In this document: in pieces, positions 46,201 to 56,600 of the stretch
How positions within the stretch are numbered: the stretch's first letter is position 1
Layout of the letters: each line of letters begins with the position of its first letter
Source: a virus
Taxonomy: Duplodnaviria; Caudoviricetes
Reading direction: 5' to 3' (one strand)
Virus record (IMG/VR): IMGVR_UViG_3300032893_000040
Span: 1,637 to 65,636 of that record
DNA length: 64,000 bases
Program-made: the position numbers and the translations under genes
Notes under the pieces: generated by a model
What the model saw: only the letters and a program-made list of their open reading frames with translations
Told to the model about the DNA's origin: nothing
The model's database searches: none

Positions 46201-46963
46201 CGGAATGAAAACCCATTCCGACATCGTAGAAAGCCACCCCACTGCCAGGAAACTGGCTTCAGAGAGCATGGCTAAATTTCAGGAGATACTTGGCAGGCAA
46301 GAGACTGAAGTTAGCGATGCCAGTTTAAAGGAACTTAAGGAGTACAGGGAAAAACACAAAAATGACATCGTTGAGGGGTATGTCCGACCCGATGGTTCAT
46401 TCGTCTCCAAAGAGGACATCGAGCAGACGTACCGTGATCTGAGTGGTAAGGAGGGTTTTCGGCTTTACCAGAAACGAAGCGGCATGTCACCTGAAGAATT
46501 CGATCGGCTCATGGGTGGTGAGGCCAAGGGTTCCGTTCATTTCAAGGACCAGAAGGCCATCATTACGGCATTCTCCAAGGCCGATTTCTCGACGCTCGTT
46601 CATGAGACCGCTCACGTGTACCGCCGCGACCTCCCTCCGGAACTCCTTGCCGAGGCGGAAAAGTACGTCGGTGTGAAGGACGGCAAATGGGAGGTCGAGC
46701 ATGAAGAGAAGTTTGCGCGGTCCTTTGAGAAATACCTGAGGGACGGTCAGGCACCGACTCCCCTCCTCAAGCAGGTGTTTGAGGACTTCAAGAAGTGGCT
46801 CATGGACATCTACGTTCACGTCTCCGGTTCCGCGCTAGACGTGGACGTGCACCCCAACATCAAGAAGGTTTTTGACCAGATGCTCGGCGGTCCGGAGACG
46901 GTCCCGGTGCAGAAGACTCGAGTCATTCCAAGATCAACAGGAACCTATGGAAGACCTCAGTAA
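43229..46963 (+). CDS. large polyvalent protein with C-terminal zincin-like (MPTase) domain
   Basis: FYSGLQRSI, YRELLL, HVR, LEELQSDWHQ; STLVHETAH...EEKFARSFEKYL. Confidence 0.75.
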   Translation: MRPKVPDENGNPTFFDKLEQSLYNPYTSLAKRLLPKDLHDSYLGAAVFGITGALDLPSEAVLGGIRSGVTAGKQALESAKQGDVMTGTLQGLNAVSSPVVGAMAGTAGLPIVAASKVAEKIPGVAPVAQAVMSPSAAYLKSKQEQGLEVTPADRAAGQLADLAWNAVMFRKMGQITEGMKAHSIQTPDGPRVVAIPELYQEQNPLDRRMSKEAEDSHVAKNYKEFDPDLTRNIKAVAFKVGDRIIPGEPKDVHALLYDRLPQEDRDAIQYQYAKVGEANSAGFVTQDGRFFTKYQLLTMQKELAAREEALPKFASSDHVFDYSKEMTFDKYVDITRRLRNNEELMQRKLSETKDPKERQNIMRTYGYVIQLDREAMSFYNQRHSLRNMGYTPEELNFDSGIAFDRFYKERAHIRSKVSDQIKTAMPNLKPEQVDSYMFMNDEFAHHWSKWTGRPAVEWYLNRFGEGGGFRAGESAGGLKQGANAPTFYSGLQRSIEEKMPERAGPLQVRNIAYQYAKKDEIKWTGLDEFLDSKKGQPVTKQEVLDHLRNNAVQVHEVMKGTDSKKVGYDPTQDDWNGMDEDWYGSGDFPDIKLGTGDYRAVDAEGNNFVYIYQRNDGKWVFQHPNDAKDVFNTREEVDRFANSVFNREEGFAQYQDYSVPGGKNYRELLLTLPEKGAINTKENFAKAMRGEDPTEQDYQSPHWQEPNVIAHVRMQDFTDAQGKRVLFLEELQSDWHQQGRKEGYRTLEKDRIGKLPVGWVVKPEPTSIAGSRWQLFNETGEKVDDFPVFNHPDNLEGATKEAIARINMFNESGPPQGPFSKSWHEMALRRMLRYAAENGYDKVAWTPGAWQDARWEGADAEEGMKGFYDKMVPDYLNKYGKKWGAKVGETVLKTGTNLPQKRDWKREGSDKLTGYSIQVDENNYAHGYKTKEAARTVPSIDVTPAMKKSVMEEGQPLFQSSSSRANEYLKRVTENARRAIKVGNEVVIAQPGMKTHSDIVESHPTARKLASESMAKFQEILGRQETEVSDASLKELKEYREKHKNDIVEGYVRPDGSFVSKEDIEQTYRDLSGKEGFRLYQKRSGMSPEEFDRLMGGEAKGSVHFKDQKAIITAFSKADFSTLVHETAHVYRRDLPPELLAEAEKYVGVKDGKWEVEHEEKFARSFEKYLRDGQAPTPLLKQVFEDFKKWLMDIYVHVSGSALDVDVHPNIKKVFDQMLGGPETVPVQKTRVIPRSTGTYGRPQ

Positions 46964-48200
46964 CAAGACAGCGCTCTTTGTCGATCACGGTCTCTTCACG
47001 TTCATCGCGGAGAAGCTGGCTCCGAGTTTCGGCAAGATGTATTACTACTCGGAGTGGAAAAACGCGTTTCCCAAGTTCTCTATGGCTTCCCCCGGTGACG
47101 GCGTTCCGGGCCTGATACGGGTACACGACATCTGGCCGCTTGCAAACAAGGTTGACATTGTCATCTTCCCGGACATCTATAACGGGGAACTTCAGCTTCA
47201 GCTCCGGTCGATGGGAAAGGTGGTGTGGGGCGGCGGGACGACTGACGTGCTCGAGCACAATAGGGAACTCTTCCGCAATCTCCAGGTGGAACTTGGCATG
47301 GCGGTCCCGGAAACCGCGATCATAGTGGGGATGACCGCGCTCCGGGATTATCTCATTGAGAACGCTCCGAAGCACGTCAAGATTTGCACGTACCGGGGCG
47401 ACATGGAGTCTTTCAAGCACGATTCCTACGATGTGACGGAATGCTATTTGGACGATCTCGAAGCGCGGCTCGGTGCCCAGAAGGAGTCAGTCACTTTCAT
47501 TGCCGAGGACCCCGTAGGGGAGATCGAGATCGGCTTCGACGGGTGGTGCATCGACGGCAAGTTCCCGGAAATTTGCGGTTACGGCTACGAGGTGAAGGAT
47601 TGTGGTTACGTTGGAAAGATAGTACCTTACTCGACGTTGCCAGTGGCGTTGAGCAAGGTGAATGGGAGTCTCGGTCCCGAACTCGGACGCCGAGGCATGC
47701 GCGGGTTTTTCTCTACGGAAGTTCGGGTGGGCGCTGACCGAGTTCCGTACCTCCTTGACCCATGCATGAGGGCGGGCAGTCCCCCGTCCGAGGTTATGAT
47801 TGAATCGTACGACAACCTTGCGGAGATCATCTGGGAAGGGGCGCACGGCAATCTGGTCACTCCCAGGCCGACAGGAAAGTACACCGCGATCGCGATGATG
47901 GAGTCCAAATGGGCGGATACGCACTGGATGAGCCTCATGATTCCGGAAGAGGTGGCTCCGTGGGTGAAGCTCAAGTGTAAGGCGGTGAAGGACGGGCGTA
48001 CCTATTTCGTACCGCAGTACGGGGAGCTTTGGACCATTGGCGGGGTGGTTGCCGTGGCTGACACGATGAACGCGGCCATCTCGCTGGTTAAGGACCGTGC
48101 GGAGCAGATCAAGGCGTACGATCTCCGCATCCGGACGGACAATTTCAGTCAGGCGGAGGAGGAGGTGAAGGAGGGCAGGAAATACGGAGTCAATTTCTAA
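46947..48200 (+). CDS. PurD-like ATP-grasp ligase
   Basis: LEHNR, GMAVP, HVK, EIGFDG, GFFSTEVR, LDPCMRAGSP; start moved to MEDLSNK. Confidence 0.72.
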   Translation: MEDLSNKTALFVDHGLFTFIAEKLAPSFGKMYYYSEWKNAFPKFSMASPGDGVPGLIRVHDIWPLANKVDIVIFPDIYNGELQLQLRSMGKVVWGGGTTDVLEHNRELFRNLQVELGMAVPETAIIVGMTALRDYLIENAPKHVKICTYRGDMESFKHDSYDVTECYLDDLEARLGAQKESVTFIAEDPVGEIEIGFDGWCIDGKFPEICGYGYEVKDCGYVGKIVPYSTLPVALSKVNGSLGPELGRRGMRGFFSTEVRVGADRVPYLLDPCMRAGSPPSEVMIESYDNLAEIIWEGAHGNLVTPRPTGKYTAIAMMESKWADTHWMSLMIPEEVAPWVKLKCKAVKDGRTYFVPQYGELWTIGGVVAVADTMNAAISLVKDRAEQIKAYDLRIRTDNFSQAEEEVKEGRKYGVNF

Positions 48201-48212
48201 CAGGAGGATACC

Positions 48213-48602
48213 ATGCTCAATATCAATATCAAGACCATTCCGCACGCCCAGCACCGCTACCCAACGGTGGGGGATTACTTCGACAAGAACGGGAAGCATG
48301 AAGTCCGTGTTTCCAAGATGTCGGATTGGAGGTACGAGTTTCTCGTCGCTCTGCACGAGCTTGTCGAGTCCCACCTTTGTAAGCACCGGGGCATCGCGGA
48401 GCAGTCCATTACCGACTTCGACGTGTGGTTCGAGAAGGCGCGTGAGATGGGAATGATCTTCGATGACGACGAGCCGGGGTGCCACCCCTCGGCTCCGTAC
48501 ATGAAGGAGCACATGTTTGCGATGATGGTGGAGCGGCAGATGGCCAGGGAACTCGGGGTGGATTGGGACAAATACGCGGAGGAAATTGAAAAACTGCCAT
48601 GA
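48213..48602 (+). CDS. small zincin-like (HExxE) protein
   Basis: RYPTVGDY, ALHELVE, EPG..P.APY..EH. Confidence 0.62.
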   Translation: MLNINIKTIPHAQHRYPTVGDYFDKNGKHEVRVSKMSDWRYEFLVALHELVESHLCKHRGIAEQSITDFDVWFEKAREMGMIFDDDEPGCHPSAPYMKEHMFAMMVERQMARELGVDWDKYAEEIEKLP

Positions 48603-48796
48603 CACGTGAAGTGCTGAAAACCCGATTCAACCAGACAAGTACGGTCCAGCTTTCCAAGGGAGTCTGGGCACTCATTCTCAGGCACAAATGGCATGCGGTC
48701 GTCATTCTCGTGTTTGAGATTAAGATTCACGCTCTGGCTCTCCATCACATGAACGAGCTTAAGAGTTTGTGGGATATCCTCAAAACATTCTGGTGA
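48599..48796 (+). CDS. hypothetical protein
   Basis: ATGA overlap. Confidence 0.45.
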   Translation: MTREVLKTRFNQTSTVQLSKGVWALILRHKWHAVVILVFEIKIHALALHHMNELKSLWDILKTFW

Positions 48797-48799
48797 GAT

Positions 48800-49012
48800 A
48801 TGGCTTACGTTCCTAAATCCACGTTCTCCGAAAGAGATACTCCGGAAAGCAGGTCCAGGAAGGAGAACAGGGAGTTCCAGCGGATAGCGAGGTCCAAGCA
48901 AAAGACACAGCTTGCCGCTTCCGTCACTGTGTCCGGATTTGCGTCTTCGTCAGGCAGTACACCAGCTACGGTGAATGACGATGAACTGACTCTCATCTTT
49001 ATGGGTCTATGA
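48800..49012 (+). CDS. hypothetical protein
   Basis: Operon continuity. Confidence 0.55.
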   Translation: MAYVPKSTFSERDTPESRSRKENREFQRIARSKQKTQLAASVTVSGFASSSGSTPATVNDDELTLIFMGL

Positions 49013-49323
49013 GCATACAGGCTAAATCACTTGCAGATGGTCAGCTCCCTTCGTCAAAGGGAACGCTCTATACGTGCGGCACGACTTCTGCCTTCATTCG
49101 CGTAATCAGGACCACGAGCACGATCGATAGTCAAACCGTGGTGATTTACGTGAAGAGGAACGGGAGCGTCTCCAGAGCACTCGGTCAGGCATTTCTCAAT
49201 ACCGCGGAAACCGAGGAATGGCTTGATAACGCACTTGAGTTGTCGAACGGGGACGTGATCGAGGGGTATGCTACAAATGCGGCGGCGGTAGATTACACCA
49301 TTACAGGTGCCGAGCAGACATGA
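49009..49323 (+). CDS. small tail-associated beta protein
   Basis: TLYT..LSNGDVIEG..VDYTITGAE; coupled to the fibre gene. Confidence 0.6.
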   Translation: MSIQAKSLADGQLPSSKGTLYTCGTTSAFIRVIRTTSTIDSQTVVIYVKRNGSVSRALGQAFLNTAETEEWLDNALELSNGDVIEGYATNAAAVDYTITGAEQT

Positions 49324-52193
49324 AAAAGATTGATGCACAGGGCCGCATAGTCCTTTCAGGTGGTAACAGCGGTTACTCCGGCTATTCGGGATACTCAGGG
49401 TATTCGGGGCTGAGTACGTCCGGCTATTCCGGATTCTCCGGCGTGAGCGGATTTAGCGGTCCGGGGGGAGGGAACAGCGGTTACTCGGGGTACAGTGGTA
49501 TCTCAGGCTACAGCGGGTATTCATCGACCGTGGCTGGGACTTCTGGATACAGTGGCTATTCGGGCTACTCAGGTGCCGGGACATCGGGCTACAGCGGTTA
49601 TTCGGGATTTTCCGGGAAATCGGGTTATAGCGGCTACTCCGGGTACTCGGGACCGTCCGGCTATTCAGGTTACTCGGGTTACAGTGGTCCTTCCGGGTAT
49701 TCGGGTTACAGCGGACAGAGTGGCTATTCGGGGTACAGCGGTGTCGGCACGTCCGGATACAGTGGCTACTCCGGTGCAGGGGTATCCGGTTACAGCGGGT
49801 ACTCTGGTTACAGTTCCACGTCAGGTTACAGCGGGTACTCGGGTCCGGTAGGTACGTCCGGATTTTCCGGGTACTCCGGCCCAGGCGGAGGTCAGAGCGG
49901 GTACTCGGGTTACTCAGGCTATAGCGGACCGAGCGGCTATTCAGGCTACAGTGGGCCGTCAGGTTACAGCGGGTACAGTGGCCTGAGTGGGTATTCCGGT
50001 TACAGCGGCGTAGGAACCTCCGGCTACTCAGGATACAGTGGTCCGGCCGGGGGCGGCGGTACCTCAGGATACAGTGGTTATTCCGGCTACAGCGGGATTT
50101 CCGGCTACTCGGGGTATTCAGGTTACAGTGGCACGGGAACGTCCGGGTACTCCGGCTACAGTGGAGCAGGAGTAAGTGGTTACAGTGGGTATTCCGGACC
50201 TTCCGGTTACTCGGGTTATAGCGGCGTGTCAGGCTACTCGGGTTATAGCGGCGCGGGGACCTCCGGGTACTCGGGCTACAGTGGGGCCGGAACCTCGGGC
50301 TATTCAGGTTACAGCGGAGCCGGGACGAGCGGCTATTCCGGATACAGCGGTGTAACAGGCGGAGCAGGTACAAGTGGCTACTCCGGATACAGCGGTGCCG
50401 GGACTTCAGGATACTCAGGGTACAGTGGTGCGGGAGTGAGTGGTTACTCCGGCTATTCGGGTTACAGTTCAACTTCCGGTTACTCGGGCTACTCAGGAAT
50501 AAGCGGCTTTTCGGGGACAAACCCCGGAGCTTCCGGCTACTCCGGGTATTCGGGATTTTCGGGGTATTCAGGACTCAGTGGTACGGGTACCGTTACTTTC
50601 TGGATAAGTGCCGATAGTTCCGACATAGCAACGTATTACAATCTATACCCGTACCCGTCTCTCAGCGGGGAATCGCATTTCGGTCAGTCGATCACGGGTG
50701 CGGCGGCTGATACGCTGTTGTCAAGTTCGTTTGCCACGCAATCTCAGTGGCCGAACACACCCGCTATCCCAGCAGGGACGTGGCGGTTCTACGCATGGCT
50801 TTACCTTACCGCACACGGCGGGAACGGTTCGGATTACGTGTACTTCAAGATCAAGAAGCGGACGACCGGAGGCTCCGAGACGGTCCTCTTCACGACGGGG
50901 TACACACCCGCTCTTACCAACACGATCACGATGTATGAGGTGGACTCGTCGCAGAACGCCTTCCAGCTTAACGCGACAGACAGGCTCGTGTTCGAGGCGT
51001 GGATTCACACGACGAACACATCCGGTACTGACACGATCGCAATGGAGAATGGGTGGAATGGTACAACAGCATACACCTACATCAACACTCCAATCGCGAC
51101 GGGCGGAGGTGTCTCAGGCTACAGCGGGTACTCTGGTTTCAGCGGTGCGGCAGGGGGTGCAGGGACATCCGGTTACAGTGGGTATTCAGGAGCAAATCCC
51201 GGCGCAAGTGGCTACAGTGGATACTCAGGTTACAGTGGGTCCGCTGGTGGAGCGGGAACTTCCGGCTACTCAGGGTACTCCGGTTATAGCGGGCCTTCGG
51301 GGTATTCAGGGTATAGCGGATTCAGTGGTCCTGCAGGTGGTGCAGGGACAAGTGGTTACTCCGGGTACTCAGGAGCAGGTACATCCGGTTACTCAGGTTA
51401 CAGTGGCTACTCAGGTCCGGCAGGAGGAACGGGAACATCTGGATACAGTGGCTATTCAGGAGCGAATCCCGGAGCGAGCGGGTACAGCGGGTTCTCCGGC
51501 GTAAGCGGCTACTCAGGGTACAGCGGTGCTGGCACCTCCGGCTATTCAGGGTACAGCGGCCTTGGAACGCAGTACCCCTGGAAGGGGAACTATAACGCTG
51601 GCACGGCGTACAGCGTCAACGACTGCGTTGACTACAACGGCGCAGGGTACGTTTGCATCCAGGCAGGAACAGGGCAGACACCTGACAGCAGCCCAACATA
51701 CTGGAACCTCCTTACAGCCTCCGGCTACAGCGGGTACTCAGGAAAATCGGGATACAGTGGCTATTCCGGGACGAGCGGCTACTCAGGCTACAGTGGCATC
51801 TCCGGGTACAGCGGCTACTCGGGCCGTAGCGGCTACAGTGGGTACTCAGGACGGAGTGGGTACTCCGGGTTCTCAGGAGCTTCCGACATTCGGCTCAAGA
51901 AGGACATAAGGCCGTACCGGGAAGGCATGAACCTGATTGAGCAGATCAACCCGATCTGGTACAGGTGGAACGGCCTGTGGATTTACTCCGCCGATGACCG
52001 CGACTACGTTTCGGTGATAGCGCAGGAGATAGAGGCGATCGCTCCGTACGCGATTGACAAGGTGAAGGGAAAGCTATACCCCGAAGGAGAAGAGACGGAC
52101 ATCCTCATCTTCGACGTGAAGCCTCTGGTGTTTATGCTCGTCAACGCTGTCAAAGAACTCAATGCACGTGTGAAAAAGCTCGAAGGTAAGTAG
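49320..52193 (+). CDS. tail fibre with (Ser-Gly-Tyr)n repeats, CBM-like module and C-terminal intramolecular chaperone (peptidase S74)
   Basis: About 110 SGY triplets by manual count; WKGNYNAGTAYSVNDCV..YW; SDIRLKKDI..IAQE..LVNAVKEL. Confidence 0.85.
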   Translation: MKKIDAQGRIVLSGGNSGYSGYSGYSGYSGLSTSGYSGFSGVSGFSGPGGGNSGYSGYSGISGYSGYSSTVAGTSGYSGYSGYSGAGTSGYSGYSGFSGKSGYSGYSGYSGPSGYSGYSGYSGPSGYSGYSGQSGYSGYSGVGTSGYSGYSGAGVSGYSGYSGYSSTSGYSGYSGPVGTSGFSGYSGPGGGQSGYSGYSGYSGPSGYSGYSGPSGYSGYSGLSGYSGYSGVGTSGYSGYSGPAGGGGTSGYSGYSGYSGISGYSGYSGYSGTGTSGYSGYSGAGVSGYSGYSGPSGYSGYSGVSGYSGYSGAGTSGYSGYSGAGTSGYSGYSGAGTSGYSGYSGVTGGAGTSGYSGYSGAGTSGYSGYSGAGVSGYSGYSGYSSTSGYSGYSGISGFSGTNPGASGYSGYSGFSGYSGLSGTGTVTFWISADSSDIATYYNLYPYPSLSGESHFGQSITGAAADTLLSSSFATQSQWPNTPAIPAGTWRFYAWLYLTAHGGNGSDYVYFKIKKRTTGGSETVLFTTGYTPALTNTITMYEVDSSQNAFQLNATDRLVFEAWIHTTNTSGTDTIAMENGWNGTTAYTYINTPIATGGGVSGYSGYSGFSGAAGGAGTSGYSGYSGANPGASGYSGYSGYSGSAGGAGTSGYSGYSGYSGPSGYSGYSGFSGPAGGAGTSGYSGYSGAGTSGYSGYSGYSGPAGGTGTSGYSGYSGANPGASGYSGFSGVSGYSGYSGAGTSGYSGYSGLGTQYPWKGNYNAGTAYSVNDCVDYNGAGYVCIQAGTGQTPDSSPTYWNLLTASGYSGYSGKSGYSGYSGTSGYSGYSGISGYSGYSGRSGYSGYSGRSGYSGFSGASDIRLKKDIRPYREGMNLIEQINPIWYRWNGLWIYSADDRDYVSVIAQEIEAIAPYAIDKVKGKLYPEGEETDILIFDVKPLVFMLVNAVKELNARVKKLEGK

Positions 52194-53416
52194 TGGCATC
52201 CGTAGCTACAGACAACTTTAACCGCGCCAATAGCACGGGACTTGGGGTGAACTGGACCGCCCCTAGCGGGAAAACGTCCTGCAATGTGTACAACAACATT
52301 GCTACCGGCCCGAGCGGTGCAGGGTACGACTACTACTCCGGCGTGAGCTTCGGAGCAGATCAGTATTGCCGTGGCAGAGTAGCACAGGCCCCAAATGCAG
52401 TAGGACGGTGGGTAAGGGTCGGTGTTCGCACAGGAGGAGCGAACGGCGCGGGGTACTGGCTCCAGGCCAACGATACGAACTGCACGCTTCTCTACACCGA
52501 CACGAGCGGTACCGATAACACGATTGAAAGCATTGCGGTCGGCTTCGGCACGTCCGATCTCGCTGAAATCCGGGCGATCGGGACAACGATCAGCGCGTAC
52601 AAGAACGGGAAGCAGATCGACAGCGGGCACACGGACAGCAACCTCTCGTCGGGAAGTCCGGGAATAGCGTGCTTCGACAACAACAGCCAGATCGACGATG
52701 TGATCATGGGGGACACCTCCCTCATCATGCTGGATGGGGTTGTCACCGTAACAAACGGAACAGGTGAGTCCTCCGGGACCTATACAAGTAGCGCACTTAC
52801 GATCGCGGCCAACAGTAACCGCCTTCTCATTGCGTGCTTCGCGATTACGGGTGGTTCGTCGGGACAGGATGCGGACACCGTTACATGGGACAGCGTTGCG
52901 CTGACGGAGTACATCAGCATCAACAATGCCACGCACCCGGCCCTAGCGTCTGTCTGGTATCTTAAGGCTCCCAATACCGGGAACAAGGTATTCAGCTTCC
53001 ATCTTTCGGGAAACTGCGCCTGCGAGGTCAACCTCATATCGCTGTTCAATGTCAACCAGACCACGCCCATCCGTGGCTCGCAGACAAGTACAGGAAGCAC
53101 GGCCACCCCGAACATGACCATTGCGAGCGCAGTTAATGACATCATCATCGACTGTGCATCGAGCTATTACTCCAGCCCACCGGACGTTGTGGCTGGTACA
53201 GACCAAGTGTTTCTTTCTTCCTACACCGACACCGGAGGGGCGGAGGATGATATTGTCGATAGCAGTATGACCCCCGGCTCTGCGTCTGAATCTATAAGCT
53301 GGACTCTCGGAGCCGGTGCTAGGAATTGGGCGTACGCGGCAATCTCTGTCGAACCATCGTTCACGAGTGCGAAGCCCACTGGCCCGTTCCCCACGTTCAG
53401 GCCGGACCTCTCATAA
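52193..53416 (+). CDS. two-domain beta-sandwich virion/tail protein
   Basis: DNFNRANS..LG.NW; SGSPGI; NRLLIA..VTW. Confidence 0.62.
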   Translation: MASVATDNFNRANSTGLGVNWTAPSGKTSCNVYNNIATGPSGAGYDYYSGVSFGADQYCRGRVAQAPNAVGRWVRVGVRTGGANGAGYWLQANDTNCTLLYTDTSGTDNTIESIAVGFGTSDLAEIRAIGTTISAYKNGKQIDSGHTDSNLSSGSPGIACFDNNSQIDDVIMGDTSLIMLDGVVTVTNGTGESSGTYTSSALTIAANSNRLLIACFAITGGSSGQDADTVTWDSVALTEYISINNATHPALASVWYLKAPNTGNKVFSFHLSGNCACEVNLISLFNVNQTTPIRGSQTSTGSTATPNMTIASAVNDIIIDCASSYYSSPPDVVAGTDQVFLSSYTDTGGAEDDIVDSSMTPGSASESISWTLGAGARNWAYAAISVEPSFTSAKPTGPFPTFRPDLS

Positions 53417-53436
53417 CAAACACAACAGGAGAAGTC

Positions 53437-53670
53437 ATGGTAGATATCAAAAGGTACAACAGGCTGAAAGATCAGGGCCTCGCAAAGGTCATTTCACAGG
53501 GTCCCGGCCTGTACAGCGTGCGGTTCTCCAGGTTCGATGTTGAGAACGGGCAGGAATTGGAACCGGAAATCCAGCCCCTCTCCATGGAAGAGCTTCTCAC
53601 GGTGAGGGCGACTCTGGAATCCCAGGTTCAGGCCATCAATGAGATCATCGCTCAGATGGTGACTGCATGA
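53437..53670 (+). CDS. hypothetical protein
   Basis: AGGAG RBS; coupled to the GT gene. Confidence 0.65.
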   Translation: MVDIKRYNRLKDQGLAKVISQGPGLYSVRFSRFDVENGQELEPEIQPLSMEELLTVRATLESQVQAINEIIAQMVTA

Positions 53671-56600
53671 TCTCCATCGTCATACCCACATATTCGAACG
53701 CGAAGGGCTTTCAATCTTGCGTTGAAAGCATCCTCGAGAATTCGACACTGGATGACTACGAGATTGTCGTAGTCGCCAATGGCGCACCACAGGAGACGCG
53801 GGAAACGATTTTCGCTCTCGAGCATCGGGCACGCGTACAGAGCAAGTGGTTCGATGAGCCGATCGGCATGACACGGGCAACGAACGAGGGCATCAAGCTT
53901 GCCAAGGGCGATTTCATTGTCGTCCTGAACGACGACACGGTAATTCTCGGCCCCGAGTGGCTCAAGCTTCTGCAGGAACCATTTGCGGATGCAACTGTCG
54001 GCGTGACGGGACCGCAGAAGGAACATGACCCGAACTCCAATCACGACTTCCTCATCTTCTTCTGTGTGATGATTCGGAGGGACGTGTTTGCCCGTATCGG
54101 GATTCTGGACGAGGTGTTCAACCCCGGCTTCGGAGAGGACACGGACTTCTGTATCCGGGCCGAGCGTGCCGGATTCAAGGTGGTGACGGTGCCCAGTGAG
54201 GAGGGGCATTTCCTTGCCGATCATCCGAACAGTTCTGATCTCCCCGAATGGAAGAAGCAGAAAATGTGGGTGGGGCAGTTCCCCATCTACCACGACGGGG
54301 AGCAGACCTTCAGCAAGCTTAAGGACACCGACTCCATCCTTGAACGGAACCGGAAGATTCTTCATGACCGCTACGCCTCACCATACAACATCGATTATGC
54401 CGTACGTATCGATGGCTGGATGGCGGAGGAGGAACTGCGTTGGCTTGCAAAGAAGGCCACGGAACACAAAACCGTGATTGAAGTTGGAAGTTGGCACGGC
54501 CGCAGTTCAAGGGCTATCGCCGACAACCTCCCGGCGAACGGCAAGCTCTACTGCGTGGACACTTGGGGAGGGTCCAGCGGGGAACCGGACGCGCACGGCT
54601 CAGCGAAGCAGAAGGAAGGCGATAATGCCTTCATCTACTTCAACAAGCACATGAGCGAGCACCTCCTCACCGGGAAGGTCCGGGCAATCCGCATGACGAG
54701 CACGAACGGGGCGGAACTTCTCAAGGACCTCGCCATACAGGCGGATATGATCTTCATCGATGCTGATCACAACTACGAAAACGTGAAGGCGGACATCGAG
54801 AGTTACCTTCCTCTTCTCGCCCCCGGTGGCCTCATCTGCGGACACGACTACAGCGAAGAACAACTTGTGTGGGTGGGCGTGAAGCAGGCGGTGAACGAAC
54901 GGTTCCCTAACGTCTCCCGCGCCCCGAAAACGTCGATCTGGTACGTGGACCCGAAGAAACTCGCTCCGGTGAGGAAACGCGAGGTATATGATTGTTTCGT
55001 GTTCTTCAACGAGCTGGACCTCCTGGAGATGCGCCTCACGGAGCTGGATGGGGTGGTTGACCATTTCGTGGTGGTCGAGGGAGTCAAAACCCATTCCAAC
55101 CAGCCGAAGCTGCTCTATTTCAAGGAGAACGCGGAACGGTTTGCCCGTTGGAAGGACCGAATCATTCACGTGGTGGTGGACGATTACCCGGAATTTACCA
55201 ACGCGTGGGACAACGAGCGCCACCAGCGCGATTCCATTTTGAAGGGTCTTGTTGGCTGTCAGGATGACGACATCATTATCATCTCTGACGTGGACGAGAT
55301 TCCGAGGGCGCACATGGTGGAGACCTACAATCCGAAAACTGGTATCGGATTCGTGGAACAGGACCTCTACTACTATTTTCTGGATTGTCAGTGCACCCAC
55401 AAATGGAACTGGCTCCGCATACTCCCGTGGAAGCTGATGAAGGGCATGACACCCTGTCAGGTCAGATACTTCCCGGCCACAGAAAACATAATCCCGAACG
55501 GGGGGTGGCACTTCTCCTTCATGGGCGGGGTGGACCGTATCATTGACAAGGTGAAGGCCTACGCCCACCAGGAGTACAATACCCCGGACTTCCTGGACCC
55601 GAAACGCCTCTTGGAGAAGGTGAGGGCTGGCGAGGACATCTTCGGCAGGGACGAGCATTATAAGATCGTCCCCGTGGATGACTCCTTTCCGGGCTACGTT
55701 CGGTCCCACAAGGCGGAACTCGCAGGGAAGGGATATATAGCCGGACTTACCAAGCGGACGGTGACCGCGGAGATTTCCACCAAGGACCGCTATTTCACGA
55801 CGCTCCCGATGGCGGTGATGTCGGTGGTAAACCAGACCCGGAAACCTGACAGGCTCGTTATCTTTGACGACGGCGAGCAGAAGGACCTCCGCGAGGTCTC
55901 CCCCTACAAGGCCCTTCTGCAAATGTGTCAGGATGCGGGAATCGCGTGGGAGGTTCAAGCCACCCCGCGCATGGGGCAGGTGGCCAACCACCAGCACATG
56001 CTCGACACCGCACAGACCGATTTCGTGTGGCGGCTTGATGATGACAACGTGGCGGAGCCTACCTGCCTCGCCAAGCTCCTCGAGTCCATGGAAGACCCGA
56101 AGGTGGGGGCGGTGGGCGGTCTGGTATTCCACCCAGGCGCAGTTCAGCCTCTTCCCAGATTCGTCACCGCGAAGATGGAGGACATCTTTACCGGACTGAA
56201 CATGCAGTGGTTCCAGTGGAACGGTGGGCCGCGTGAAGCGGAACATCTATACTCCACATTCCTCTACCGCGTGGAAGCCGGGAAGGCCGCAGGCGGGTAC
56301 CAGAAGAACCTTTCCCCGGTTGGGCATCGCGAGGAAACAATATTCACGCACTCCATCCAGAGGGCGGGGTACAAGCTACTGGTCAATCCCGGTGCCAAGA
56401 CATGGCATCTCAGGGAGTCCAGCGGAGGAATCCGCTCCTACAAGGAAGGTGGACATTGGGACCACGACGAACTCATCTTCCGTGAGAAGCTTTCCGAGTG
56501 GAGAATAGCGGTCCGCGCAAAGAAAGTTATCGTGCTGGATTGCGGCCTCGGTGACCACTGGGCCTTCAAATCGGTGTGGCCGGAGATCAAGGAAAGGTAT

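Noticed and set aside
38053-46963. Tape-measure protein or virion RNA polymerase
   Set aside because: No tail tube or chaperone genes, no tape-measure periodicity and no RNAP catalytic motifs seen.
49453-50520. Antisense Cys/Arg-rich repeat ORF
   Set aside because: Shadow of the SGY repeat codons.
54600-56246. 548-aa minus-strand ORF and similar antisense ORFs (24854-26008, 30225-31262)
   Set aside because: Codon-bias shadows of clear plus-strand genes; no recognisable motifs.
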